A stretch of 64,000 bases of DNA from NCBI GenBank assembly GCA_964016885.1, contig OZ024760.1:5456001-5520000 (forward strand), in the 5' to 3' direction. The DNA is from Eledone cirrhosa (Eukaryota). The first letter of the stretch is position 1. Every line of letters begins with the position of its first letter. The notes under the pieces were generated by a model, which made no database searches, had not been told where the DNA came from, and saw only the letters and a program-made list of their open reading frames with translations. The translations under genes were made by a program, and so were the position numbers. Shown in pieces: positions 1 through 11,591 of this stretch.

Positions 1-384
1 GTTGTGTGGTGCACAAGATAAGGACTTGAAGTCAGACACATTCCTTTTTGGTCAAACTCTCATCGACTCTTTTCAAGCTTTTATTTGGAAAGTATGGCAG
101 TGGAGAGGGGGGGGGGGGTGCTCACCTCCAGTAAATTTACCAAAAGGTGGGTGAAAATAGCGAAAATGGCAAGAATGAGTTTATTTCTGCCAGCTTATGT
201 CCGTAGGTTAGACAATGACAGTTATTGAGAGAGAACTCTTGCCATTGATGATCGGAGTGATTGTAGGTCTGTGTGTGGGATTATTCAATTTAGCTTTAGG
301 TATTCAGCTCTCTGTAGCAGGAGTAGTTATGGTTTTCGTAATTTTTTTGTCGGAAATCGTTCCTCCAAAGGGGCAGCGTTTCTC

Positions 385-683
385 GATAGAGTGCATAGCT
401 CGGAGATCAGAGAGCCACTACTTCTCTCAATTACGGACATGTGGTTAGAATGTCTCAGGAAATAATCGCTGGACAGATTTTTACGATCAAAACCAATTAG
501 CAAGAGACTCAGGAGTAGACTCTGGGCAAGATGGTTAGATAACATCCTTGAGCTTGGCTGGTCTCGTTTGGGGATCTGGCCGGATCAGTTGGAGACGGTT
601 GTTTCTGATAGGACTCACTGGAAGGAGTGTTTGAGGACTTCCTCCACGACCCTCCCATGAATAAGTGGACGAAAAAAAAAAAA
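385..683 (+). mobile_element. RTE-clade LINE 3' remnant with A-tail
   Basis: Frameshifted translation SEIREPLLL / GHVVRMSQE*SLDRFLRSKPISKRLRSRLWARWLDNI...VVSDRTHWKE matches the RTE ORF2 C-terminal pattern GHVxRM..R.RGRP..RW.D; ends ataagtggacg(A)n. Confidence 0.8.
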
Positions 684-933
684 GGAAATCGTATAAGGAT
701 TTGGTGATAAAATAAATATGTATATCACATTATTCAATGTATATAATTCGTTCGAAGGTTGCCACTCATCAAACGGTTAAATAGTTAACGTCGTGATGAG
801 AATGTTGGACGGAATATACTTGATTATAAATGAAAAGGCCGTCTACTTTAGTTAGGACTAATTTGGGAACATGTCCATCGTGTCAATAGGATGTAATAAA
901 ACATAGCCATCAACTAAAACTATCTCGGCATGC

Positions 934-1220
934 CTCTCTCTCTCTCTCTCTCTCTCTCACATACACACGTCTGTCTCTCTTTCACATATATATACACACA
1001 CATGTATGTCTCTCCTTTCACACATATTTATCTATATACACAAACACACACATATATACACACACATCCATGTCTTTCTCTTTCACACATACATGTTGAT
1101 CTCTCTCTCTCTCACATCTATTTATACACAAACACGCACATTTATGTATACACACACCTCACTATATATTATCTATTTATACACACATACATATATGTAT
1201 CTCTCCTTCTCCCTTCCCCC

Positions 1221-1255
<35 letters not shown>

Positions 1256-1660
1256 CATATATACATAATCTAATATGTATATACACATACACACACACAG
1301 TATATATATATATGCACGCGCACACATCTTGCCAGGTGTTACTACTTTATCTGCCTCCTCTTCCACACCCCTTACCACCACCATCACTACTGCTACACCA
1401 CCACCTTCGCCATCACACTACCACTACTACACTACTACTACTACTTTTACTAACACTACTTCACCCTCACTCCTACACAACCACCTTCACTACCACACTA
1501 TATCACTACTGCTACATCACCACACCACCACCACTACTATTACTACACTACCACTACACCACCACCACACCACTTCCTTACCACCACCACACCACTACCA
1601 CACCACCACCACTACCACTATATTTCCACTACATCACCACCACTACCACCACCAACCAGC
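934..1660. repeat. compound microsatellite (CT)n/(CA)n/(TA)n then (CAC/TAC)n
   Basis: Seen directly; explains the low-complexity ORFs at 930-1934. Confidence 0.95.
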
Positions 1661-1991
1661 TGTCTCTAAAATCCTGGTCTCGAAAGTTCACTGCACCCCA
1701 CCTCCATGTTTCCGCCTCCCCACCTTGTTTTATACAGTAAACACATCTCCCCATCCCCTCACCCCACCCCCTATCACCAAGATATTTACTGAAAGATCAA
1801 TCAGTTCATTTACACGTACATATTGGAAGTCGCTTAATGTGATCGATTTGATACAGACCCTTTTCGATAACAATACCCGGCTGATAGCATTAAGCGGAGG
1901 ATGTACCAATATAATCCAGGCTTGCCGTTTATAACAGATGTGATAAGCTGCTTCCGCCTCCCCTCTCTCTATTTACACACGCATACATGTT

Positions 1992-2067
1992 CAGGGTGGC
2001 CCCCAAAAATGTATACACCCTTCAACAGCATTGTAATTAGTGTGTATACATTTTTGGGGACACCCTG
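1992..2067. mobile_element. Tc1/mariner-type MITE (~76 bp)
   Basis: TIRs cagggtggcccccaaaaatgtatacac / gtgtatacatttttggggacaccctg followed by TA; same family at 40528 and 40670. Confidence 0.75.
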
Positions 2068-2229
2068 TATATATATATATATGTATAAACATATTCTATA
2101 TGCTCTCCCTCTCTCTGTGCCCCCACAAATCATCCAGTCCTTTAACAAGTCATATATAGATATGAGTCCTGGGTTCAATCGGAAGTAACCACAGTAAGGT
2201 ACTCAATGCATTAGTAGAGTGTAAAGATC

Positions 2230-2350
2230 AAGAATAATACAGGAATGGCTTGTACAGGAGTACAAGAAATCACCAGGAAAGCCCTTTCCTGGTAATATCT
2301 TTTGAATGAAACAGTTCTAGTCCTGCAGAAACCATTTCTGTATTATACTT
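2230..2350. mobile_element. foldback element, family C (Penelope-like terminus)
   Basis: Inverted arms agaataatacaggaatgg..tacagga / tcctgcagaaaccatttctgtattatact around the hairpin ccaggaaa-gccc-tttcctgg; motif gaatgaaacagttctagtcctg recurs reverse-complemented near 4742 and 59735. Confidence 0.5.
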
Positions 2351-2365
2351 TATATATGTATATAT

Positions 2366-2535
2366 AACGAAGGAAATGTGGTAAGGAACCAGGTGGTCCA
2401 TAACGCACCAAAGAACCCAATACTTAGGGTAGTAGAGTGGGTAATAGGAACGAGTAGGACCCCGACGACTGAGCTCAAGCCGTTTCGACGGCTAATTCTG
2501 GACAAATTAGCCGTCGGGGTCCTACTCGTTCCTAT
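2366..2535 (-). mobile_element. foldback element, family B, in (TA)n (Penelope-like terminus)
   Basis: Near-identical to 4844-5055, 58432-58631 and 58644-58838; partial inverted end; flanked by TA repeats. Confidence 0.7.
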
Positions 2536-2944
2536 ATGTATATATATATAGAATAGAAAACGAAAAATGTGTGTGTGTACGTACACACTTATGGCAGAAG
2601 GGTGTGAGGACCTATGACCTTTATAGACGCTCCTAGATTGACATGACAGTGTTTGTCAGTGAGAGAGAGAAGGATGCAGAGAGGCCAGGCGTTGAAGGCA
2701 TTCCAGTAGGAGTTGTAGTTATGGATATGTAGGTAGAGAGAGAGAGTGGGAGGAGGAGGGGGGGGGGGGCTGATAGACAGGGATCACTTAGTACTACTCC
2801 TAACAACAACAGTAACATCATCGTCATCAGCTCTCAATCGCGTGTGCCAACGACCAGCTTGACATGTTACACCTGGTCATTTCGACGACTAGAAATCGCA
2901 GCTAGATTCATCCGAAATTGCAGCATACTGTCTTATAAAGTAAA

Positions 2945-3826
2945 TAATTGTTTCTACGGTTTCTAATTTGATAGAATCAACACCAGTGCATTACTGGTAC
3001 TTTATTTTATCAATCTCTTTAGGGTGAAAGGAAAGTCTAACCTCGGCGGGATTTGAACTTAATAATGGCTTCTAATATAGGCACAAGGTCAACAATTTTC
3101 TTTTCTTTTTTGGGGGGTGGAGGTGGATAAAGTCAATTAAATCGATTTCAGTGCGCTAGTGGTACTTTATTTTATCCCCCCCCCCCCTGTAAGGATGAAA
3201 GGCAAAGCTAACCTCGGCAGGATTTGAACTTACAACTTACAATGACGTAACTCTATGCCACAAAGCATGTTGTACGACGCCTTGCACACACTGTGAATAA
3301 TAATTGTTTCTACTTTTGGCACAAGGCCAGCAATTACCACCAGTGTATTACTGGTGCTTTATTTGATCAACCCCGTAAGGATGAAAGGCAAAGTTAACCT
3401 CGACGAGATTTATAATATAGTACATATGCAAGAAATATACTATATATGAAATCAGAACATTGAGGGACGTAACTATATGCCGCAAAACATGTCCGACGCT
3501 CTACCGATTACTGCCAATCCACGACACTAGAGTAAAGATGTTAAAAAACCCCCCAAAACAACAACATCTAGAATAAGGATTGCTAACGACTCTACCACCA
3601 AGTACCTCTCGCCCCCAATCACACATTCCCGAAGTAATAATTGTTTCTATTTTAGGCACAAGGCCAGAAATAACCCAGTACATTACTAGTACTTTATTTT
3701 CTCGACCCCGTAAGGATGAAAGGCAAAGTTAACCTCGGCGGGATTTGAACTCAGATCATAAAGAGACGTAACTCTATGCTTCAAAGCATGGCGTCCGACT
3801 CTCTACCGATACTGCCAATCCACCGC
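2945..3826 (-). mobile_element. cluster of 4-5 tRNA-derived SINE copies (family 1), minus strand
   Basis: Repeated reverse complement of gagttcaaatcccgccgaggttaactttgcctttcatccttacggggtcgataaaataaagtaccag..ggccttgtgccaaaagtagaaacaatt; head at 3790-3826 has an A-box-like tggcagtatcgg. Confidence 0.85.
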
Positions 3827-3829
3827 CCT

Positions 3830-4530
3830 AATGGTTTGGAGAAGCCGTTTGAGCATCGGACAAATGTTTCATTTTTTATTTTTTATTTTTTGGCTGGCTC
3901 ATTACGTTCTGTTCAAATTCCACTGAAGTCAACTTTGATTTTCATTGTTTCAAGGGGTCATGTAGTTAACTTTGTGCCAGTTTCAGAAAAAAAGATTATT
4001 GGTTGGCAGAATCGGTAGATCGTCGGACAACATGCCTTTCAGCATAGAATTACGGTCCTTTACGTTCTGAGTTCAAATCCTGGCGAGGTTAGCTTTGCCT
4101 CTCATCCTTAACGGGGTTGATAAAATAAAGTACCAATCACGCACTGAGGTCGATTTAATCCCCCCCCCCCAAAAAAAAAATTGCTTGCCTTGTACCTGAA
4201 TCAGAAACCATTATTACTTCCATTATCGCTAAAATAAGGTTACCAGCCAAGTACTGGCGTAGATTTAATCGACTTCCTCATTCCTCACTTCCCAAAAGCT
4301 TTACTGGCCTTGAGCCAAAATTAAAACCCTATATAGTCTGAGTTCAAATCCCGCCGAAGTTACCTTTACCTTTCATTCTTACGGGGTCGATAAAATAAAG
4401 TACCAGTAATGTACTGAGATAATTGCTGGCCTTGTGCCAAAAGTAGAAACAATTATCACTTCCCGTTTAATATTGAAGTCGACTTTTCGACCTACTCTAA
4501 ATTGCTGTCCTTGTGCCACTATTTTAAAGA
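3830..4530 (+). mobile_element. cluster of 3-4 tRNA-derived SINE copies (family 1), plus strand
   Basis: A box tggcagaatcgg (~4004), B box gagttcaaatcc (~4069, ~4340), shared body and agaaacaattat tail. Confidence 0.85.
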
Positions 4531-4799
4531 ATTCTTACTTCCGGGATTGATAAACTAAGGTATTCGGTAAATTAACTATATAACACCTTTCCACCATCAC
4601 ATCCATCCACCACATCCCTGTTTGGGAGGTGTTAAATGTATTTATGTTGTATATCGGGAGGTGACCACAGTTTAAATAAAAATGTGGTCAATATGTTAGT
4701 TGAATATAAGTATATTTATTTTATTACAGAATGACTAATACAGAACTAGAACTGTTTCATTCGTAAAGAAATCACCACAGATATATATATATATGATTT

Positions 4800-4843
<44 letters not shown>

Positions 4844-4848
<5 letters not shown>

Positions 4849-5055
4849 AACAAGTAAGACCCCGACGGCTGAGCTCAAGCCGTTTCGACGGCTAATTCTG
4901 GACTGAATCATTCAGTCCAGAATTAGCCGTCGAAACGGCTTGAGCTCAGCCGTCGGGGTCTTACTTGTTCCTATTACCCACTCTACTACCCTAAGTATTG
5001 AGTACTTTGGTGCGTTATGGTCCACCTGGTTCCTTACCACATTTCCTTCGTTATA
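4844..5055 (+). mobile_element. foldback element, family B, with 3' half of a hammerhead
   Basis: Near-perfect palindrome 4844-4973; GAAA-CGGCT-TGAGCTC-AGCCG-TC at 4932-4954; embedded in (TA)n. Confidence 0.7.
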
Positions 5056-5445
5056 TATATATATGTATATGATTTTTTTTTCGTGCCTGCATGAGTCAGG
5101 AACAAAAATAAGGGAGGTAACTCCAGCACTCACGCGGCTCTCCCTTAAGGGTGTCATTTTTCATGACTTAGTCATATCGATAAATGATCTGATTAGCTGC
5201 TTGTGTGTATATCTGTACTGTAAGTGCGTGTTTTGCGGAGCACTTCATTGTTGTCTAGAAATAGATTCTACGTGTGTGTGTCTGTGTGTAGGCAGATTGT
5301 ACAATTACATGTGTATATATATATATATATATGTGATGAAACACAGATACCAACACATCTGTATATATATTGCAAAAGAAAAATTTAGCCAGATTGTATA
5401 TATATATATATATATACTTAGGCAGATTGTACAATTACATTTGAT

Positions 5446-5480
<35 letters not shown>

Positions 5481-5589
5481 CTTAGGCAGATTGTACAATT
5501 ACATTTGATTTATATGTATAGTTGAAGAAATTACACAAACACGGTGATGCAAAAACACGACGTCTTATTAAGGTCACGCATGTTTGTGT

Positions 5590-5634
<45 letters not shown>

Positions 5635-5638
<4 letters not shown>

Positions 5639-5812
5639 ATCAAAAGATGGTTAAAGGAGTTCCATGTATTTTATTATGCGCATTTTAAAAACAAACATCA
5701 TCATGCAATAAAATGCGCATTTTATTATGCGCATTTCAAAAACAAACATCATCATGCAATAAAATGCGCATAATAAAATACATGGAACTCCTTTAACCAT
5801 CTTTTGATCTTA
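5635..5812. mobile_element. foldback copy of family A (the hammerhead-bearing element at 23622)
   Basis: taagatcaaaagatggttaaaggagttccatgtattttattatgcgcat and its reverse complement as arms, with an internal direct duplication; adjacent to (TA)n. Confidence 0.75.
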
Positions 5813-5906
5813 TATATTATGTATACTCCAGTCCTACAAACTGTAGAGTGCTTCTTATCCGATATCTGCATTGCTTTATTGTACTACAATAAAACTCACC
5901 TCCTAC

Positions 5907-5960
<54 letters not shown>

Positions 5961-6249
5961 AAGGTGCACGCGTGTGCATGTGTTACTTGGTGCTTCAATA
6001 GATGTTTGTGCGTGCATGTGTTTATGTTTCAATGCTACACACTAGGGTTAATAAATAAATAAAAATAAAAACAAAACAATGTATGTAGCAGATATATTTT
6101 TACTGTGTCTCCTCTACTCGGAAATTTTTCTGTTACTATTTACTATTATCAATTTCTTCATTGAAACTAATGCTTTGATCACATCCATGTATAAGTCGCA
6201 CTGGACCTAGTGTGAAAATCTAAAAAACCAAAACAAAACGTGTCTTGTT

Positions 6250-6412
6250 CCCGGAGGTTCATCAGGCAGATGAGAGTACAAGACCCCCCCCCCCCCCCTC
6301 GACAGGTCTCCAGTCAATTGCAGGGTTACACCCTCACCTCCCAGCTACTGCTTGTACACATTTTCCACTGAAGCAACGTGCAATGAAGTGTTTTACTCAA
6401 CAACACACAACA
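6250..6412 (-). mobile_element. degenerate CORE-like SINE fragment
   Basis: Reverse complement contains ttgagtaaaacacttcattgcacgttgcttcag..aaccctgcaattgactgg; related to 11298-11525. Confidence 0.5.
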
Positions 6413-6516
6413 CAGCTGATCTCCACGGGAGAGAGCGAGTAGAAATGAGAAAGAGATATAGAGCAAGAATCAACCGCAATACTGGACTGGTACACTTTTC
6501 CCTCAGATCTCTAAAG

Positions 6517-6987
6517 CAGAGCTTCTCAAAGTAGGTGCTACCGCCCCCGGGGTGGGGCATTGAGAAGGTCCAGGAGGGCGCTTGGGCTTAAGGAGGGGGT
6601 GGCAGTAGAGATGATATAATAGTATATTAACTATCAAATGATATATATATATATAAATATAGCAAAATAAAAATTATATATTTATTCATACATAATATCA
6701 TCATCACTGTTTTACTTAGATTATATTCCACGCCAGCATGGGTTAGACGGGTTGTCCTGTTGTGGGCAATGCCAGGTCAGGTGACCATGTCTTGCTCATA
6801 TGGAAACCAGTAATGAACTGGGTAATTGCTGGCCTTGTGCCAAAAGTAGAAACAATTATTTATTATATATAAATTAACTATTTTATTTTATTATATGATA
6901 TTTACAATTTGCATGTAGGCAGGTCTCTCTGGAAATAGGGTTGAGGGCCATGGGGTGGGGGTGGCCCCAAAAGTTTGAGAACTTCTG
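6517..6987. mobile_element. hAT-type MITE with nested SINE fragments
   Basis: TIRs cagagcttctcaaa / tttgagaacttctg; imperfect 8-bp TSD ctctaaag/cttgaaag; internal sequence shared in inverted orientation with 27732-27969. Confidence 0.6.
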
Positions 6988-8514
6988 CTTGAAAGGAATG
7001 GTGAGGGCTGGAGGCAGAGTTGAGCTTGGGTTTTTAACACAAAGAGCTGGAACAAAAACCCACAAAGTATTCCATTCAACCTGCCACCCCACCACCCCCA
7101 CACCACCCTACTTACCTCCCTCTAAAATATTTCCCTATCTTTTTTAGAAATCATTTCAGATATTGTTGGATTTTTTTTATTTTATTCATTTTTAATATAA
7201 AAAAAAAAAATTAAATTAACAACTAAAACAAAATTACAATGTTGACCTATAAACTGTGTGGGTTATTTAATATAGCTTTGGGAAAGGTTTGTTTGGTAGT
7301 CTCTCTTCTCTTTCTCTCTCTGGCTCCACACTCAATTTTTTCACTCCATCTTTCAATTTTTCTCTCTCTCCCTCGCTATATGACTGGCCTCACTCTCTTT
7401 CAATTTCTCTCCCTCCCTCGCTATATGACTGGCCTCACTCTCTTTCAATTTCTCTCCCTCTCACACTCTCTGTCTCCCTCTCTCTCTCTCATATTCACAC
7501 ACTCTCTCTCTCTTACTCACACACTCTCTCTTACTCACACATACACACTTTCTTTCACACACACACATACTCTCACACTCTCCCCCCCCCCCCCCTCTCT
7601 CTCTCTCTAATATTCACATACTCTCTCTCTTACTCACACATACACACTTTCTTTCACACACACACACATACACTCTTGCTCTCTCATGCCAAGAAAACTA
7701 ACAAACATTGATGTGAAATATCAAACAAAAATATCTTTAATAATCAAGGTCAGATGGACAGCTGTCTACCTCCTAGCTGTCTACCTCCCTCTTAGCTAGC
7801 TACCTACCTACCTAGCTGCCGACCTACTACCTCTCTAGCTGTTTACCCCACCTATGTACTTACCTAACTGTCTACCCATCTACATTATCTAAACACACCC
7901 ATCTTCCTACCTACCTCATCTAGTTGCCTACCTTTCCTACCTACCTTCTAACTTCACCCCTTCCTTCTATCCCTCACCTACCTATCTAACTACCTACCTT
8001 CTAACTTCACCCCTTCCTTCTATCCCTCACCTACCTATATAACTACTCACCTACCTACTTCACCTGTTGAACTCCCTGGCATTCCCAGGTTAATATTGTT
8101 GCTTTTGTTACCTGTTTGTCTGATGGTGAAGGTGATATGTCAAGTGTGGGAAAACAAACTGTATCATTATGACCATCATCATCACCTTTCAGGTAAAAAT
8201 CTAAATCAGTCTTGCATTAATTTATTTGGTGATCTAGCTAGATTTTAGTCAACCTCAAAATATAAGCCTTTGTGATTCTAATGTTGAAAGAAGAGATAGC
8301 TTGATAGATAGATAGAGGAGAGGGGGCGCAGTGAAAGAGAGAGCAGTGGGAACTATATTTCATATAATCCAATGCAAGTTATTAATTCTTTTGATAGCAA
8401 AGTCCCTGAAACCACCCCTGGTTCTAATATACAAAACTTATATCAAGAACACCTTCCATCGTAATTTTATGTAAGAACCTTTAAACTATGCCCAAAACAC
8501 TGATGTAATAAGTA

Positions 8515-8690
8515 ATATACATACTCGAATATAAGCCGAGGAATATGTGACCAAAAAAATCAATGGTAAAACGGGAGGTTGGCTTATATACACCATCTAA
8601 ACAATGTGTTGATTAGCTGCCATGGTTTATAAACAGGGTTTGGATTTTCACTTCTCAGGTACAGAATGGGGGTTTGGCTTATATTTGAAT
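8515..8690. mobile_element. pogo/Tc2-like DNA transposon fragment
   Basis: atactcgaatataagccga and inverted ttggcttatat motifs; related motif at 13576-13655. Confidence 0.45.
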
Positions 8691-8719
8691 TCTATCGTTT
8701 TAACATTATTTATTTTTCT

Positions 8720-9317
8720 ACAGCTTTTCTAGGGCATTTTTGAAAACCTGGTGGTACCCATCTCCTCTCCAAGTTTGACTACAGCAGATTTCTTCCAGAG
8801 AAGGACAGAGGGTCAGAAAATGGAAGTGAGGAAGAATTGACTCCAGTCTTGAACAGGTACTCAGAATGGAGTTCAAATCCTGCCGAGGTTAACTTTGCCT
8901 TTCATCCTTACGGGGTCGATAAAATAAAGTACCAGTAATGCACTGAGTAATTGCTGACCTTGTGCCAAAAATAGAAACAATTATTTATTTTACTACATTT
9001 CTCCAAATTCTTGATTATTTTGGAAAACATTTGAAAACCAGAGACAGTGTCTGTCATTAGAAATATGATAATGAAAATATTGGCAGAGCATCAAATAGAA
9101 TGCTTTGTGGTATTTGATTCAGTTCTCAACTCTTTGAGTTCAACTTTTCATCCATTCAAGGTCGGAAAAAAAAAAGAGTTCCTGTTCAAGACTGAAGTCA
9201 ATTCTTCCTCACTTCCATTTTCTGACCCTCTGTCCTTCTCTGGAAGAAATCTGCTGTAGTCAGACTTGGCGAGAAGATGGGTACCACCAGGTTTTCAAAA
9301 ATGCTCTAGAAAAGCTA
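8720..9317. repeat. ~140-bp inverted duplication (8720-8862 / 9176-9317) around a SINE
   Basis: Arms are reverse complements with only a few substitutions; spacer holds a family-1 SINE (8868-8985). Confidence 0.9.
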
Positions 9318-9476
9318 TGTCAATATGGCGTCCCTATGACCCCCTCAGGAGTTACAGGACCAAACAAAAACAAATGGAAATATTGAGAGAGAGAGAGAGA
9401 GAGAAGTTGTGTGAACTTTAATTATTTACATAATCCAGTGTAAACTAAATGCATTTTTTTAATTTTTGTTTTATAT

Positions 9477-10615
9477 ATATAATTAATTGCAAGCTATCGA
9501 AGGAGGTTGTACTACCACCTTGATTTGGTATAATTAATTGCAAGCTATCGAAGGAGGTTGTACTACCACCTTGATTTGGTATAATTAATTGCAAGCTATC
9601 GAAGGAGGTTGTACTACCACCTTGATTTGGTATAATTAATTGCAAGCTATCGAAGGAGGTTGTACTACCACCTTGATTTGGTATAATTAATTGCAAGCTA
9701 TCGAAGGAGGTTGTACTACCACCTTGATTTGGTATAATTAGATGCAAGCTATTGGTGGAGGTTGTACTACCACCTTGATTTGGTATAATTAATTGCAAGC
9801 TATCGAAGGAGGTTGTACTACCACCTTGATTTGGTATAATTAATTGCAAGCTATCGAAGGAGGTTGTACTACCACCTTGATTTGGTATAATTAGATGCAA
9901 GCTATCGAAGGAGGTTGTACTACCACCTTGATTTGGTATAATTAATTGCAAGCTATCGAAGGAGGTTGTACTACCACCTTGATTTGGTATAATTAGATGC
10001 AAGCTATTGGTGGAGGTTGTACTACCACCTTGATTTGGTATAATTAGATGCAAGCTATTGGTGGAGGTTGTACTACCACCTTGATTTGGTATAATTAGAT
10101 GCAAGCTATTGGTGGAGGTTGTACTACCACCTTGATTTGGTATAATTAGATGCAAGCTATCGAAGGAGGTTGTACTACCACCTTGATTTGGTATAATTAG
10201 ATGCAAGCTATTGGTGGAGGTTGTACTACCACCTTGATTTGGTATAATTAGATGCAAGCTATTGGTGGAGGTTGTACTACCACCTTGATTTGGTATAATT
10301 AGATGCAAGCTATTGGTGGAGGTTGTACTACCACCTTGATTTGGTATAATTAGATGCAAGCTATTGGTGGAGGTTGTACTACCACCTTGATTTGGTATAA
10401 TTAGATGCAAGCTATTGGTGGAGGTTGTACTACCACCTTGATTTGGTATAATTAGATGCAAGCTATCGAAGGAGGTTGTACTACCACCTTGATTTGGTAT
10501 AATTAGATGCAAGCTATCGAAGGAGGTTGTACTACCACCTTGATTTGGTATAATTAGATGCAAGCTATCGAAGGAGGTTGTACTACCACCTTGATTTGGT
10601 ATAATTAGATGCAAG
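9477..10615. repeat. 51-bp minisatellite, ~22 copies
   Basis: Unit gcaagctatcgaaggaggttgtactaccaccttgatttggtataattaatt with two variant blocks (aatt/agat and tcgaagga/ttggtgga). Confidence 0.97.
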
Positions 10616-10904
10616 GTCGTAATATTATTAATATATTTCATACATGTTGAGTGACTTATCATCATCATCATCATACATCTGCTTTTCTATGCTTGCATGA
10701 GTTGGAAAGGTCTTTCTTCCGCACAGCATCCCTCCACTTGTTACAGTCCTTCATCATCTCCTTTGTGAGCTTCACTAGAAGCAACCAAAAGTGTTTGTGT
10801 CAGGAAGGGCAAAGGTCGGTGTCAGGAATGACAAGGGTCGGTGTCAGGAATGACAAGGGTCGGTGTCTGGAAGGGCAAAGGTCGGTGTCTGGAAGGGCAA
10901 AGGA

Positions 10905-11146
10905 TCTCTGTGCTTGACCAGTTGATGACATTGTAACTGTAGGTTACTACTGGTATGGCAAGCGTGTTTATGGCATCGATCCTATTCCTTGCATTCAATT
11001 CCGTTCTTAAGATTGCTCTTACTCTGAGGTAACATTCCTTCCTTATCCTTTCCCTCATTGTTGAGTGCTTGATTCCGTCTCCTTCACAAACACCTAGATA
11101 TTTGTAAGTTTTTTCTTGATCAAGTTCTCTTATCACGTTCCCCCGA
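10905..11146 (-). mobile_element. R4/Dong-clade non-LTR retrotransposon RT fragment
   Basis: GNVIRELDQEKTYKYLGVCEGDGIKHSTMRERIRKECYLRVRAILRTELNARNRIDAINTLAIPVVTYSYNVINW: RT domain 7 YKYLG plus the AINT.A.PV..YS...I.W thumb motif of R4/Dong elements. Confidence 0.8.
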
Positions 11147-11297
11147 TCAGGAAGGGCAAAGGTCGGTGTCAGGAAGGGCAAGGGTCGGTGTAAGGAAGAG
11201 CAACGGTTGGTGTCGGCAAGGGTCAGTGTCAGGAAGGGCATCTAGCTGTAAAACTTTGGCCTCAAAACGCCCCATCCAACCCATGCCTGCGTAGAAA

Positions 11298-11525
11298 ATT
11301 GTGGGTTCAATTATTCCTGAACCAGGTGGCACATGGTGTTTTTGTTCAAAGCACTTCATCATTTCACATTGCTCCAATATACTGAGTACCAGCAGCAGCA
11401 GCAGCAGCTGGGAGTTAACCCTGTGAAGGACTGGCATCCTGTCCAGGGTGGGAAGTTGTGTACTCTCACTCACTTAATGCCAATGAAAAAGGAAACTTGG
11501 AATAAGCACCAGCCTGATGGCTTGG
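11298..11525 (+). mobile_element. CORE-like SINE, degenerate
   Basis: B-box-like gggttcaatt, core-like caaagcacttcat, tail aaccctgtgaaggactggcatcctgtccaggg. Confidence 0.5.
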
Positions 11526-11591
11526 GACAGACTTTAGCCATTTGTGTATCCAGAATTGGACATTGAACGATGTCGCCCTCCCTCTGTCACT

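Noticed and set aside
215-448. 77-aa hydrophobic ORF resembling a small membrane protein
   Set aside because: No recognisable family; runs into an RTE remnant; no promoter or splice support.
740-822. Possible degenerate foldback with TGATGA cores
   Set aside because: Arms are too diverged and no intact GAAA or stem pairing supports a hammerhead call.
9477-10615. CRISPR-like appearance of the regular arrays (also 15662, 20136, 35967)
   Set aside because: Units are head-to-tail with no unique spacers, there are no cas genes, and the context is eukaryotic.
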